Source: Selaginella moellendorffii (taxonomy: Eukaryota > Plantae > Lycopodiophyta). Taken from it: a DNA stretch of 64,000 nucleotides. Shown piece after piece: positions 1-12,561 of this stretch. The position numbers were made by a program, and so were the translations under genes. The number at the start of each line of letters is the position of its first letter. The first letter of the stretch is position 1. The stretch is taken from contig NW_003314385.1 in the NCBI RefSeq assembly GCF_000143415.4, positions 277,296 through 341,295 on the forward strand, given 5' to 3'. The notes under the pieces were generated by a model that worked only from the letters and a program-made list of their open reading frames with translations, was not told the origin of the DNA and made no database searches.

Positions 1-36
1 GCAATGGAGTGATGAAAGAGAGCTGTATAAACCTTG

Positions 37-1490
37 TTTACTTGTTGACATACTTTTGAGAAGCGTTGAATTCCACCGAGTAGAGCCTCTCGGCCTCGCG
101 GTTGCTCCCAAAGTTGACGCGCAGGGCAGACAGCTCCTCCCAAAGAAAATTGTCAGGGCCACCTCGCGATCCTCGTCAATGTCGAAACTGTAGTTATCCA
201 GCTTCTCACAACCTGTTTCCGTGTAGCGTGGAACGTCGTTGCTCTTCGAGCTGAAAAAAGTAATCTTCATCGCCTTCTGATTACGATATAGCTATATACC
301 GGAAAGAACGAGTGCGTTACCAACTGATCCTCCGTCACCTGCTTGAAAACATTTGACACCTCTCGATCCCAAAGCAGTCCAAGAACTTGTACTCTAGTGG
401 ATCGACGTCCCAGCGAAAGATGTGGCTTGTGGAGATCCCGTAAGACTTTTTGGAGATTCTCGCGAGCACCACTCCTGTTCCATTGCCAAGAGCCACGGCA
501 CCTCGGCAGATTGAGGATTAGAAGGGCAATCCACAGCTTCTTCGAATCGCACCTTGATCTTTTTCACCAACCAGAAATATGTACTCGATACCGTCAACTT
601 TGTCAACATTCTCCTCGATCAGCTGGATAGTTTTGTTGATTTCGGTGTCAAAGATTGCGCACATCTCCTCACAGTCGATCTCAATCTCATCGTCGTCATC
701 ACTCTGGAGCAAATCCCAGCTTCCTGTATCAAACTCCCTTCCATGCCTTCGACAGTTTTGGTGGAACTTTCATGAACTTGGAAAGAGTTCCGTCAAACGT
801 GCACTTTCAAGTCCGAGCCACCAGCTCAAGATCCTGTGGACAACATCCGGCTCCTGCCGCTTGAAAGTGTCGAAGCAGCTCCAGAAAGTTAGAGTCGACG
901 TAAGGACCACCTCCAAGTGTGCCGGAGCTAGCACGAGCTTCATGGACCCTGTGGGTGACGCAATTCTCCTTCTCGCGAGAAACAGTAGAATGACGCCACC
1001 TCGGGCTCCAAGATGATCCTCAGAGGGTAAACACAATAGCATCTGCGCTATCACAAAACTTACCTCCCACATCTCGGCGTAGACTTGCATCGCGTGCTTG
1101 GGCTGGTCAGTCCAGATTGCCAGAACTGTGAGGCACCACTGCACATCCCTCTTGCTAAAACCCCGGCTATAAGGTGGAGGACGATAAACTAACCTCTGCT
1201 TATCGATTACTTTCGTCTCGTTTGAATTACCTTCTGTGAGCAGCAGCTTGAAGTTGATCTTGAAAACACCGACGCGACGCTCGATATCCTCGGGGCAAGG
1301 TGGATCATCCGGGTGCTCTTCGGCCCACTCCGATCGAAACGCCTTTGAGACCACGACGAACTTGTCCTGCGCATTCCAGCTCCAATCCCCTCCTTCTTTG
1401 TATAAGATACTTCTGGGTTTTACAGTATGAGCTTGGAGCTCCAGGCCAAGTCGGTGAAAAGATGGACATCCTGTGGATCGGAGCGGGCAT
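37..1490 (-). pseudogene. HSPA12-like atypical Hsp70 (actin-like ATPase fold), fragmented tandem copy 1
   Basis: Fragments in several frames match the neighbouring copy: WPGAPSSYCKTQ, FSKRDVQWCLTVLAIWTD, DDEIEIDCEEMCAIFDTEI, QKAMKITFFSSKSNDVPRY. There are many frameshifts and internal deletions. Confidence 0.85.
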
Positions 1491-1605
1491 AGTTTTTAGT
1501 GAGATCTTCTAAATGACACTTCTACATGTTCTCACACAAAAACACAGATAGAGAAACATGAAGAACTACTAAGATAAAAAACATGGAGAAGAACTTGTTG
1601 ACACT

Positions 1606-3441
1606 CTACTTGTTGACATACGTTTGAGCCGCATCAAATTCCACCGAGTAGAGCCTCTCAAGCCCACGGTTCCTCCCAAAGTTGACGCGCTGTGCAGACA
1701 CCTCGATGCTGCTCCGTCCAAAGTACATTGTCACGGCCACCTGGCGACTCGTCCCCAGCTCTAGATCCTCGTTTATGTCTATGCTGTAGCTGTCGAGCAC
1801 GGCACAGCCTTCGTCGACAGTGTACTCTGGAATCTTGCTGCTGCTCGAGATGAGTAAGTATCCTCAAGGCTTTCTGGTCAGTGTACATGGGAAAGAACGA
1901 GTGCGTGATCTCCTGGTTCTCCGAGACTGACTCGTCCTTCTTGACGTAGAGGCTAAAGACGCTGCATCTCTCGATTCCGTAGTTGTCGATAAACTTGGAT
2001 GCAGGTGGATCGTCCCACCGTGCATAGCGACTCGTCGCAATGCCATAAGAGTTTTTGGAGATCCTGGAGAGAACCACGCCTGTTCCAACTCCAAGAGCCA
2101 CTGCGCCCCGGCACACTGCGGCACCGGAATTCGGGGGCGAGAGCACGTCCTCGACCGAGTCTTCGAACCGCTTCTTGATCCTGTTGAACAGGTAGCGACT
2201 CTCGGAGAAGCCTCCCACCAGAAGGATGTACTTGACGTTGTCAACTTTGCGAAGTTTCTCGTCGATCAGCTTGATGGTCTTGTCGACTTCGGTGTCAAAG
2301 ATCGCCTTCATCTGCTCGCAGCTGATCTCGATCTCGTCGTAGTAGTCACCGCTCTCTGGGAATCCCAGCTCCGCCTTGTCGTGCTTCTTCCATGCCTTGG
2401 ACAACTTTGCAGGGATTTCCAAAAACTTGGAGCCGCTTCCGTTGAACGTGCAGTTGCCCTTGGGTCCGAGCCACCAGCTCAAGATCCTGTGCACCACATC
2501 CGGCTCCTGCTGCTTGAAAGTGTCGAAGCAGCCGATCTTCTTCCTGAGAAACTCCAGAAAGTTGGAGTCGACGTAAGTCCCACCTCCAAGTGCACCGGAG
2601 CTAGCACAAGCTTCATGGACCTTGTGAGTGATCCAATCCTGCGCGCCCTCCCTCTCATGCACGATGATATCAATGGTTCCACCGCCAACATCCGCCACTA
2701 GGAACTTGTCCCCCTGGGCGAAGGAGAGGACACCTCGGAGCTGCCTCTGGCACGAGAAAGAAGCTGCCTCCGGCTCCAGGATGATCCTCAGGGGATAGAT
2801 GCTCGCATCGGGGACGCTGCAAAACTTACCAGCGATGAGCCCAGCTTTCTCGGCATACACTTCCATTCGCTGCTTGGCCTCGTCGCTCCAAATCGCTGGC
2901 ACCGTGAGGCACCACTGCACGTCCCTCTTGCTGAAGCTCTCGCCATACTTCTCCCCGAGATGGCGCGTGATAAACCCGAAGATGGAAGCGAGATAATCCA
3001 CCACTAGCCTCTCCACTTCCAGCTTACCAGAAAACCCGTTTGCCGCCTTCTCTCTTGCCATCTTCTCGCCTTCGTCCGCCAGCAACAGCTTGAAACTCGT
3101 CGCAAAGATCCCGACTTCCTTCTCGGCGTCCCCGGAAGAGGTAGGAAGACATGACCAGCCTTTACCCACGCCGATCGAAAAGCTTTGGAGGCCGACACGA
3201 ACTTGTCCAGAGCACTCCAGCTCCAATCCTCAAGCCTGAAAGCTCCTTCTTTCCCTGGAGCGTAGAAGAGACTCGTCTGGGTCTTGCAATACGACCTTGG
3301 AGCGCCCGGCCAGTCGATGAAAAGATGGACATCCTCTGGATCGGAGCGATGCGCAAAAGCAAAACCAGAGTAAGTCGTCCCGAAATCCAGACCCACGACA
3401 ACCTTTGGCAATGGGGTGTCACAGAGCGCGAGCGATCCCAT
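1606..3441 (-). pseudogene. HSPA12-like atypical Hsp70, near-complete intronless copy with two frameshifts
   Basis: Shows VVVGLDFGTTYSG (phosphate-1 motif), WCLTVPAIWSD, ILEPEAA, FLVADVGGGTIDI and LLVGGFSESRYL. The reading frame is split over ORFs 3004-3441, 1658-3226 and 1606-1800, with shifts near 3135-3165 and near 1850. Confidence 0.85.
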
Positions 3442-3549
3442 AGCTACCGAGACAGAAAGAAAAAAACCTCCTTTAAAAGAACAAACTCGTTTTGGTTATC
3501 TTTCGCGTTTCTACTATGGACGTGACTATTTAATGCGCGTGGCTGCGTG

Positions 3550-4190
3550 AAATCAGTAGAGCTTCTCGGGCTCGCGGTTGATCCCAAAGTTGACGCGCCG
3601 GGCAAACACCTTGATGTAGCTCCACCTTGCGGCCCTTGCCCAGCTACAAATCCTCGCTGATATCAAAGTAGTAGCGGTAGACTGGTACCGCATCGCTGCT
3701 GGGCTAATGCCCATGATGGTATCGTTCTTGTTTAGAGGAACGTGACCGCCTCACTCTCCGACACTGTATCGTTCTTGGCACCACGATTGGCCCTCTCGGC
3801 ATAGACTTGCATGCTGCCCTTGGCCTGGTCGCTCCAAATCGCCGGGACTGTAAGACACCACTGCACGTCCCCGTACTTCTCCTGCAGATGGTGGATGATA
3901 AACTCGGAAATAGATCTCTGGTAACGACCAGCCTCTCCTCCTTCTCGCTTCCTATTTGGAACCCGTCTCAAACACACCAACCTTTTGCTCGATCTCCTCC
4001 TGTGCAGGTGGAGTGAGGTCTTCTTTGAGCCAAGCCACCCTTCCAAGCCGCTACAAAGCACAATCCACAAGCTTGAAAGATCCTTGCTTCTCCCCTGGAA
4101 CATAGAAGAGGCTCGACTGGGTCTTGCGAGGCCAGTCAATGCAAAACCAGAGTAAGTTGTTCCAAAATCTAGACTAAACTCGATCCTTTG
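3550..4190 (-). pseudogene. HSPA12-like Hsp70, heavily deleted tandem copy 3
   Basis: Retains LDFGTTYSGFA (about 4140-4175), LQEKYGDVQWCLTVPAIWSDQAK and a C-terminal RVNFG remnant; most of the middle is missing. Confidence 0.8.
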
Positions 4191-4219
4191 GAAGATTTAT
4201 ATAAGCGCTATACAAAATC

Positions 4220-7200
4220 CTACCAGTTGTGACGCTGCGCGAGCTTCGCCTGTAGCTCAGCCTCGGGGATGAGTCGCTTGCCAGCCTTCCATCGTCCCCT
4301 CCACCATTCCACGAGCTCCGCCTAGAGACCAAGCTTATCGAACGATCCATCCATGGAACTTTCTCTTACCTCTGTGAAGGAGTGATTCGAGACGTACTGA
4401 CTGTCCACTGTGCACTCCATGTCTCCAAGATCCACGGAGACGGACATGTTCTTATCGTCACCACCTAGCTTCCGGATGGCTCCTGTTTATTTGGGGAGAC
4501 CTTTACAAACTTCGGTGAAACGTTGCGAGAGCTTTAGTACCTCGTATTCGTGCCATCCTGTAGCCGGTTCCACCAAGATCTTTCTCCCATCTTCCAAACC
4601 TTAGCCGCAAGAAGAAGCCTCGCACATTTGTGTTGAAGTCTGGAGAATCCATCGATCTACACCCGAGAGATCTATGTTAGAAAGCAAGACAAAGACGTGT
4701 TTGAGAGACACCACTACCTCCATAGCTCGGACCTTGACAGCCTCACGGACTCGATAGCAGCAAGCATGTCTTTGGGAACGCTGGGAAGTGTTTCACTGGT
4801 TTGCGGAGCTGCCGCTTTCTTAGCCGGAGTTCCAGTCCTTTGGAGGCCAACTTTCTTGTGAGTGTTGTCCTTGGGACTCTCCTCGTTCTTTCTTTGATCT
4901 TTGGCTCTCGCAACCTTGTGATCGGGCTCGTGAAGCGGAGCTATAGACAAGTTACCCGATTGTGGAACGAGGCTGGTGCTTTGAGTCCATACAACCGGAG
5001 GAATACTGGCAGCGGGACTAGCTTTTGCGTGATCCACGAGCACAAGACTTGGATTCGCAGGTACTGTTACGCTGGTCACGGACGGCTTGACGACGATGGT
5101 GGTGTTGACGACGTTGCTAGAGTTCCTCCTCATGAATCTCCAGTTCCTCATCTCACTGTTCTCTCGAGCTCGAGACGCCGCCTCGGTGACCGAGAATCGA
5201 CACTGAGCTCCCAAGTGTCCCATCCCCAGGCACCTCAAGCAAGGGAAGTCGAGGACCTCGCTACTCATGTCCTCGAGAACGAGCGCTCGCCTCTCCAGCT
5301 CTTTAAGTTCGCACTCGAGCGTCTCGGAGCAATCCATGACCGAATGGCCCTTGAGTCCACAAAAGCTGCATGACCTCGACGCGCTCGAGATGGCCGCCTT
5401 GTCCTTGGGCTTGAAGCTCGAGTTCACCCAGTTCTTGACCGTCGCCATGCTCGCTACGAACTCGGCCATGCCTTGCGAGCACTCGGGATCACCCGATCCA
5501 TCCAAAGCTGCTGCTAAGTTGCGAGCCTTGCTACGGTTACCTGTGGATGATCTTTGGAGCTTGGAACTCTTCTCTTGCTGCCCCTGAGATGGTATGAGAC
5601 ACGAAGCGGCTTGCCACATACCAAAGGATGCCTCCTCGCCACCACCAGACTTGGACTTGGAAGCGTCTTGCTGCTCTTGCTTGAGATGCTGCTCCTCCTG
5701 GGAAGCATGAGCGCGATCTTCCAGGAGATCTTGAGCTTGAGCTGGAGCTTGAGCTTGGTCTTGATCTTGATCTTGTTTGAGAAGTTGATGCTGTTGCTGT
5801 TCCAGAGATTTGGACGCATGCTCTTTGGTTCTTTTGCCGTCTTTTAGCTGCTCGGGAGGGCCACTAGAGCGGGTGGTGCCTTCCGTCGCATTGGTACTGT
5901 TACCACCGCCTTCGTTACCATCACCCGATGCTTGAGGCTCCTCCCGCGAGGAGAAATCTCGTCGCCTCTCGCTCTTTTCGTGCTCTCCTCCATCTTGCTG
6001 CTCCTGCCGCTGCCGCTGCTGCACTCGCTGCTGCTGCTCGTCGCCAGAAGTTTGCATCTCCGATGCTTCCTTGTGATGCGCACCATCATCTGTGCAATCC
6101 ATGCTCTGGGGAGACACCGCATGCTCGTCGGGGAAACGCTTCATCAAAGGTGGCGAGAGCACGAGATCGTGGTCCTTGGCCTTGGAGGACGATTCCAGCC
6201 GCAAGTCTACACTGGAGCAAAGTCCTCCCACTGGAGATCCGAGCTCGGTGGATGGAGCGGCTGTTGCCTCGGAGCCAAAGCATCTCTTCTTCGCCAGGCC
6301 TTTGCCGACGTCGATCATCCACTTCATGAAGGAGCCGACGACTGGTTTTTGTGCACTAGCAGCAGCGGCAAACTGGTCCGAGCACGAGGCTCTTCTCTCC
6401 TTGGAGTTCGAAAGATTCCTGGTCACCCCGTTTGCCACTTGCTTTGGCTTATCAGCGAGATGGACGAGAAGACTCTTCCGGATCGGCGGGATGCCAGAGC
6501 TGCTGTTGGAACTCAACCTCAATCCGGCGTTCTCGCTATCGGCCAGCACATAGCTCGCTGTTTTCTGGAGTGGAGATGCCTGGTCGTGCTCCACTTCGAA
6601 CTTCCGCTTGGAAGGAAGAAGCTTGAGGAAGCCACAGTCGTTTTTGAAAGATGGCCGAGCCTTGGCTGCTTGAGCAGCTCCAAGCTCGCTGAGATTTGGA
6701 GCTTCCGAGTCTGCGGCAGTGGAGAGTGGAGCTGGCTGGAGGATATCTGTGCTACACCTTGGCAAGCTACTGCTCTCCCTGCCTGGCTTAGCTCCCGAGA
6801 GGATCATCGTTTGATCGTCGACTTCGGTCTTTACGTGCGCCAAGTTCAAGCTCGTCTGCGAGTGTCGTCCGCTCAATGCAGCTCCTAAGCCACTGGCCAT
6901 CAGCATCATCTCCTTACGAGCCTCTTCCAGCTCTAGCTCGGAGGACGATCTTACAGCTTGGGGCTTGTTCTTTTCCTCGTCGCAAAATTCCAGCTTTGGT
7001 GGAACCAGCTGCAAACCCGCGTCTTTGTTCACCACCTTTGTCTCCTTTTCATTTTCTTGCTCATGCACTGGAGGCGCTGGACTAGTCGATGCTGTTCGTC
7101 CCAGAGGAGAACCATCTAAGCGAGAAGAAAAATACGAAGTTTAGCAAAGATCGCTGCTACAAGACGTTTGAACTCACCTCTCTTGGAAGAGCGATCACGT

Positions 7201-7800
7201 ACACCACCACCGAAGCTGAAAGTATCAGTGCTAACCCTCGACGAAGTAGCGAGCTGTCCAACCATGGCTATGGCTCGCTGCTTTGGAATCGCACCACCCC
7301 ATAACTTCAGCGCTTGTTGTTGTTGTTGTGAGTTTGATCCGGGACGAAACACTGGAACCTCGGGAGTAGCAGTTGCAACCAGAGCCATGCCTCTGACGTC
7401 CGCTTCCGAGAGCCCCGAGCTCCCGCGACCGCTGGCACTGTGACTGTTTCCAGTTGATCGCAACTTGGTCCTATCTCCTCCTGTTCCTAGCGATGATCCT
7501 TCCACTAAAGGTTGGCCCCCATGATCGTTGTGATTCCTGGTCGTACTAGCCAGTGGAGCTTGATGGGAGTCTATGGAACAAAAAAGAGAATGGTTATCGT
7601 TTGTATCAAAGAAAGAAAGACCTCAACGAAGGGAAAGTTTCTCTCTTACAACTTGTAGTATCGAAGAAAACTGAGCCGCATTGAGCACTTAGCCTCTGGC
7701 CGAAGCTGGTCTTGAGAAATGGGCGAGGTGGTCGCTCCGGAGAGATGCGGGGCTGCTGCTCCGGAGCCTTTTGTTCCTCGCTACCCGAGTTTTTGATCTG
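4220..7800 (-). CDS. TZP: Tandem zinc knuckle / Plus3-domain protein (TZP-like); 5' end uncertain
   Basis: Two CCHC knuckles (CSFCGLKGHSVMDC, CLRCLGMGHLGAQC) are followed by RLSRSELWR|SMDSPDFNTNVRGFFLRLRFGRWEKDLGGTGY...YVSNHSFTE|AELVEWW, which is Plus3-like. Introns include 4657-4717 and 4322-4369; the stop is at 4220-4222. Further 5' exons lie at about 7177-7570 and 7650-7800; the start codon was not resolved. Confidence 0.75.
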
Positions 7801-8481
7801 GAAAAGAGAAGCAGCGAGCATCAATTTCTAGAGACTAGCCACCGGACGCTTTGTTTGCAAAAACGTACCTTTCTCGCTCCAACAGCGCCTTTGATAGAAC
7901 CTATCCAACGAAAGAGCGCTCGGTTTAAGACCTTCGAGCTACCACGAGGAAAAAAAAGAGTTTGTCCTCTTACCTCGAGAGGACGAAGAATGCGAACGAT
8001 GGCTGTAAGACTTGGCACCGCCGTTTGGAGGTGACACCTCTGGAACCTCGCGGATCTCCATTCACCAGTAGCGCTCCTCATCTCTTGGCGAGCGACAAGA
8101 TCAAGAGCTCCTCAGATCCAATTCCAACCATCTATCTGGATTGGAATTATCCAGCGCTAGCTAGAGGAGCTAAGCCACTACCACACAAAGGGGAAAGAAA
8201 GATGGAGAAAGGTCTCTCTTTTCTCCTCTCGGCTCTTCTCTCATCCTGGCCAGTCGCTGTCCACTTATCCTTGACTTTGGTTGATCAGATATGATCATCT
8301 CCCCCTAGGCATGAGAAACCAATCCTTTTTACTCTCTGGCTCGCAAATCCCACCCAGTAGAGCAGCACGACAAATCCAGTGACCCAATTGCTTGCTCGAT
8401 CGGCCCAGCCCGGCAAGAATGTGTCCTGCGCGCGCCAGCGAATGCCCACGAAACAAAAAGCTGCAAGAGAGAAAAGAGGGA

Positions 8482-8485
<4 letters not shown>

Positions 8486-8511
<26 letters not shown>
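8486..8511. repeat. (GA)n microsatellite
   Basis: Direct reading of the agagag run. Confidence 0.9.
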
Positions 8512-8516
<5 letters not shown>

Positions 8517-9457
8517 CTCGGCGCGCAGAAGAAAGAAAGCAATCCAATTTCTGGACGCGCGCTTTCCAGCCTGACCGGACAGAGGAGTTGCTACTCTCTT
8601 GCTGCCTGGGGGGATTTGGACACTCCCCACACGCAAAGATCACAAATGCCCCCACGAAGAAAATGATCGTCGTTTGCGCGTTAAGAGAGATTTGGAGAGT
8701 GTGATAGTGACCAACTTTGGTCGTAAAAGAGAGCAAAGTAAAAGAGCGACCTTTGCTTTGCTTTGTTGCTTTGGATGGTGATGTGATCAATGACAGAATA
8801 AGAGAAATTGTTGCCTTTATGCCTGTGATCTTTTTCTTTTCTCCCTTTAAGACTTTAACGCTTGAGAGATCTAAACGAAGAACATGATCCTAGATCTAGC
8901 TGGTTATTAAAATTCCGAAATGTTTTTCCTTCTCCCCTCCAGAAAAAGAGAAAGAAATTTGCTTTGCTTTCATGTCTGCTGGCGAGCAGGCGCCATAAGC
9001 TGCGGCATTAATGAAGAGCTTCTTTTGTGATAACCAAGAACAGCTAGCTAGCACAGGCACACACTCTACTGTGCTTTGATTGTGGTGGTGGTAACCTTCC
9101 TAATCGATGTAATGCGCGATTCACTTCACGATGTAAGAGACGAGCACGAACGAAGGAACACGAGAAAGAAGCTGGACGATGATGCTTGCCTGCGTTGGTT
9201 CTTAAAAATCTGGAAAAGCGCTGGGCTTGTCTTCACCTCATTGGATTTTCCACTGTCGATGTCTCAAACAAATGCTTTGCTTATGCCTGAAAGTGACACA
9301 AGCCACCTATGAGCAGACTTCCCAAGAGCAGGAAACCAACAAACCTTCGCTGTGGATCCATTTCCATTTTATTCGAACACCTGCCGAAACACCACCCGGG
9401 ATTCAGAAAAGAAAGGAAAACAATAGACTATCACCACCTTTTGGCATTCCTGCCAAG

Positions 9458-11259
9458 CTATTTCGTGTCGAGCATTGCTGGTCCGAGCCTCACGGAATTG
9501 ACGTAGTTCACTGGACTGTGAGCAGAAACGCCGGGGAAGAACAGACCAACGAGCCGCAGCACCGTCGACGAGCTGGACTCCCGATAGTTGTCACCATACC
9601 GGAAGTGGAGAACAAAGCTCTGGAGAAGCTCCCACACTGCCACGGCATGGTTGAAGATGTAGTAGAATGGATTGAAGTAGTTTTTGTTGGGCTCCTCCTT
9701 CACAATCTACAGTATCACCAAAGTTCGTCTCAAGAGAAAAGGAAGAACAGAAGATATGTAGACGTACCATTTTGGTGTAGAAGCTGGTGTAGAAGAAGCA
9801 CGGCTCGATGTGCTTGAACTGGAAGAGAAAGTCGTCGAAAGGAACGCGTGGGATAAGATCAGCGCTGTAGACAACGCGGAAGAAGCGATTGTCTGCTCCG
9901 TTGAGCTTGCTTGTCATGGTAGCTGCGAATTCCTTGTCCCCTACTCGAGGCTGTCCAAACGTGTAGAGAGCACCCAGCTTGCCTGTGATGGTGTTTTCCT
10001 TGTTGTGGAAGAGTATGGTGGTAAAGACGGTCGCCAGAGCACCTCCCAAGCTATGTCCAGTTACGTAGACTTTGGCATTCCTGTGAGCTCTGAGGAGGAC
10101 CTTGAGCTCGTCGCAGGCGGTGTCGTAGGCGAAGAGAGGCTTCCCCTTGTCTTGACCGTGATCCTGATCCTGATCCCCCAGTGTAACAGCTTCGATGAGC
10201 CCCGAAGCTGGAGTGTGCTTGCTGCTGCTGGTGGCGTTGCCGGAGGCTCTGGTTTTGGCGACGTTGTCCTTCATGCGAGTGAATGAATCCATGTCGTGGC
10301 GATCCACCAGGCTGAGAGCTTCCAGAAAGCCGACGTGAACACGGCCAATGCCGGGGAGAAGGTACCACGAGAAATCAAAGTCTGTGCTCCAGTCGGAGGC
10401 GTTGAACGGCATTGTTCCGCGGAAGACAACGAAGACAGCTTGTGCATCGACTGCTCGGTCCATGAAAATGAGAACTTGAGTTGGATTCGTAGGTTCGTTC
10501 TCTGTGACAAAAAAAAAACATAGAACTATAACTCAGCATCAGGAAGAAGAGAAGTTCTTGCGATACTTACTGTTGATGCACTCGTATATATCCACGACAT
10601 GCATCTACATTCACAGCACAAAAGTCAAGCAACAAAACGTCGATGCTGATACTTACTTTCCACTCGTTCGTGATGATCTTCCGGATGATTTTGGAGTTTT
10701 CGTATGCAAGCTTGGACGCCATCATGCAAACATCTGCCATGAGTTTCGACCCCGGAGGATCTGACACAAAGTGGCTGGCTACTTGATCTTCAAGTTGATG
10801 GACCAGCAAGTCCGTGCGTGGATCTAAAAACCCAATCACACTCCAGTAGGAGTCGGAATCCTCGTCGGGGATGATGATTCCTACAAAGAAAAAAAAAGAA
10901 AAATGAGACAAAGAAGAAGAAAGAAAGAACAAGTTCTTCTACGTACCTCTTCCAGTGAGAAGCTTTTGGACGAGGTTGGAAAGTCCGCCATTGGCATAGA
11001 CAGTGTTGAGGAAGATCTCGAGGAATTCGCCAATGGCCGCGAGCACTTTGGAGACGAGATGGAGGAGCTTGAGGATGAGCATGGCGAACCTCGCTTGCCA
11101 GCTCTGGTCCACCATCCCCTGGAGCGATGGCGAGCACTCCATCCCTGGTGCATGCCCACTCCACGTCACAAAAGACGCCACGAGCTCACCCAGGCCACAC
11201 TCCCTGGATCGAAATATCACATACTCGCTACTTTCATCCGGCTGCGTTCTTTGATCCAT
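9458..11259 (-). CDS. Lipase class 3 (triacylglycerol lipase, OBL1-like), multi-exon
   Basis: Shows VVFRGTMPFNASDWSTDFDFSW, RVHVGF, the GHSLGG nucleophile elbow, YTFGQPRVGD, DLIPRVPFDD and MASKLAYEN. The likely ATG is at 11259 (MDQRTQPDESSEYVIFR) and the stop at 9458. Confidence 0.9.
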
Positions 11260-12561
11260 GCTGCAATCAATCGAGCTAGAAATCAAACCGCCCAAGAGCT
11301 GCAAGGAAAGAACGCGAGCTCCTTTAACGCATCTGGAAGAAAGCTTGGAAGCCAAGGCAAAGGATTTGCATACCGGACGAGGAAGACGGAGTCCTTCGCC
11401 CGGATTCTCGTCGCATCCACTGCCACAATCGCTGGAATCCGCCCTTCATTCACATGCCGCACACCGGATCGCCCGCGCGATGGATCGAGGCGGCGAATCG
11501 GCGCATCTCAGAGGCTTGGCGACAAGGGCGTGGGATTGGAAGATGTGGATTTCCTCTTCTTCCTCCTCCGCTCGTAACGGGTCGGTGATGCTCCACTCTC
11601 GCAAGCAAGAAAGGGCATATTCTCCGCCATGGAATCATTCTCTTAGGGTTTTAGGGCATTGTTGGGCGTTCCCTCTTCTTCTTCCCTGGGCGCCATTGCT
11701 GCGATCGCGCGCCTCGATCGCCATGGCTGCTAGAAATGTAGGAATCTCAGCTCGCTCGCGGTGTGGAATGCAGGAAGAGATTGGGCGGATTTCCCAGGGT
11801 TCTTGGACAAGCTCGATCAGGTATGAGAGTGAATTTGCGATCTCTTTGCGCTGCATTCACTCATGCCTTGCTATCTATAGTCTTTCTTTTGTTTTTTACC
11901 TGTGAATCTCTGGATCGCTTGGCTCTGGATCCTTTGTTTAATTCTCTTTTGTTCCTTGCAGACTGGCAAGGCTGGTGCTAGCTCGTGACTTGGATTCTAA
12001 ATTTCCACTGGTATCAGAGAGAAATTCTTTCAAAGAAGAGGAAAAACTGTTGCTTGATGCGATGATGATTGCATGATACTGGGACACCTCTCTACCTAAA
12101 GCATCAATCGCCCGTGATCATTTCTCTCAGAGCTTTCGTACGACGCTTGGGTGAGGGAATATTGTCGCGCTCGCCATCCACAGTAGCGTCCTCGTTCATG
12201 TATGGTGGACGCGGAAGCCGGAAAGATTGACAAGTAAGCGTCTTATTGTTTTGGTTTGCTTTGTCCTTTTAACAGCGCTGGTCCTTGGCTTTTATGCAGG
12301 TGTCGTTGCGTCGAGAGAGAACGCAGGTATTGTCTCTGTCGTACTTTTGGTGTTTTCGTTGACGGTTCCCTGTAATCAGAGTCCAGCTAAAAGAACACGT
12401 TGCTCCTACGGTGCTAGAAAATGAAGGAAAAAGAAAAAATGGAGGAGGAGGGGACAACGGCCGTCGTACATCTGCAAGTATTTTTCTTCGCTTTTCTACT
12501 TCTTTAAGTTTTTTTTTTTTTTTCATTTTTCTTATGCCCGACTCGTGTGTATTCTGCAATC

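Noticed and set aside
4801-6888. Long plus-strand ORFs (190-318 aa) over TZP, and similar antisense ORFs over tubulin, lipase and PPR
   Set aside because: They are antisense shadows of GC-rich coding sequence with no motifs.
12060-12135. Box C/D snoRNA (ATGATGA)
   Set aside because: No CTGA box D and no terminal stem were found.
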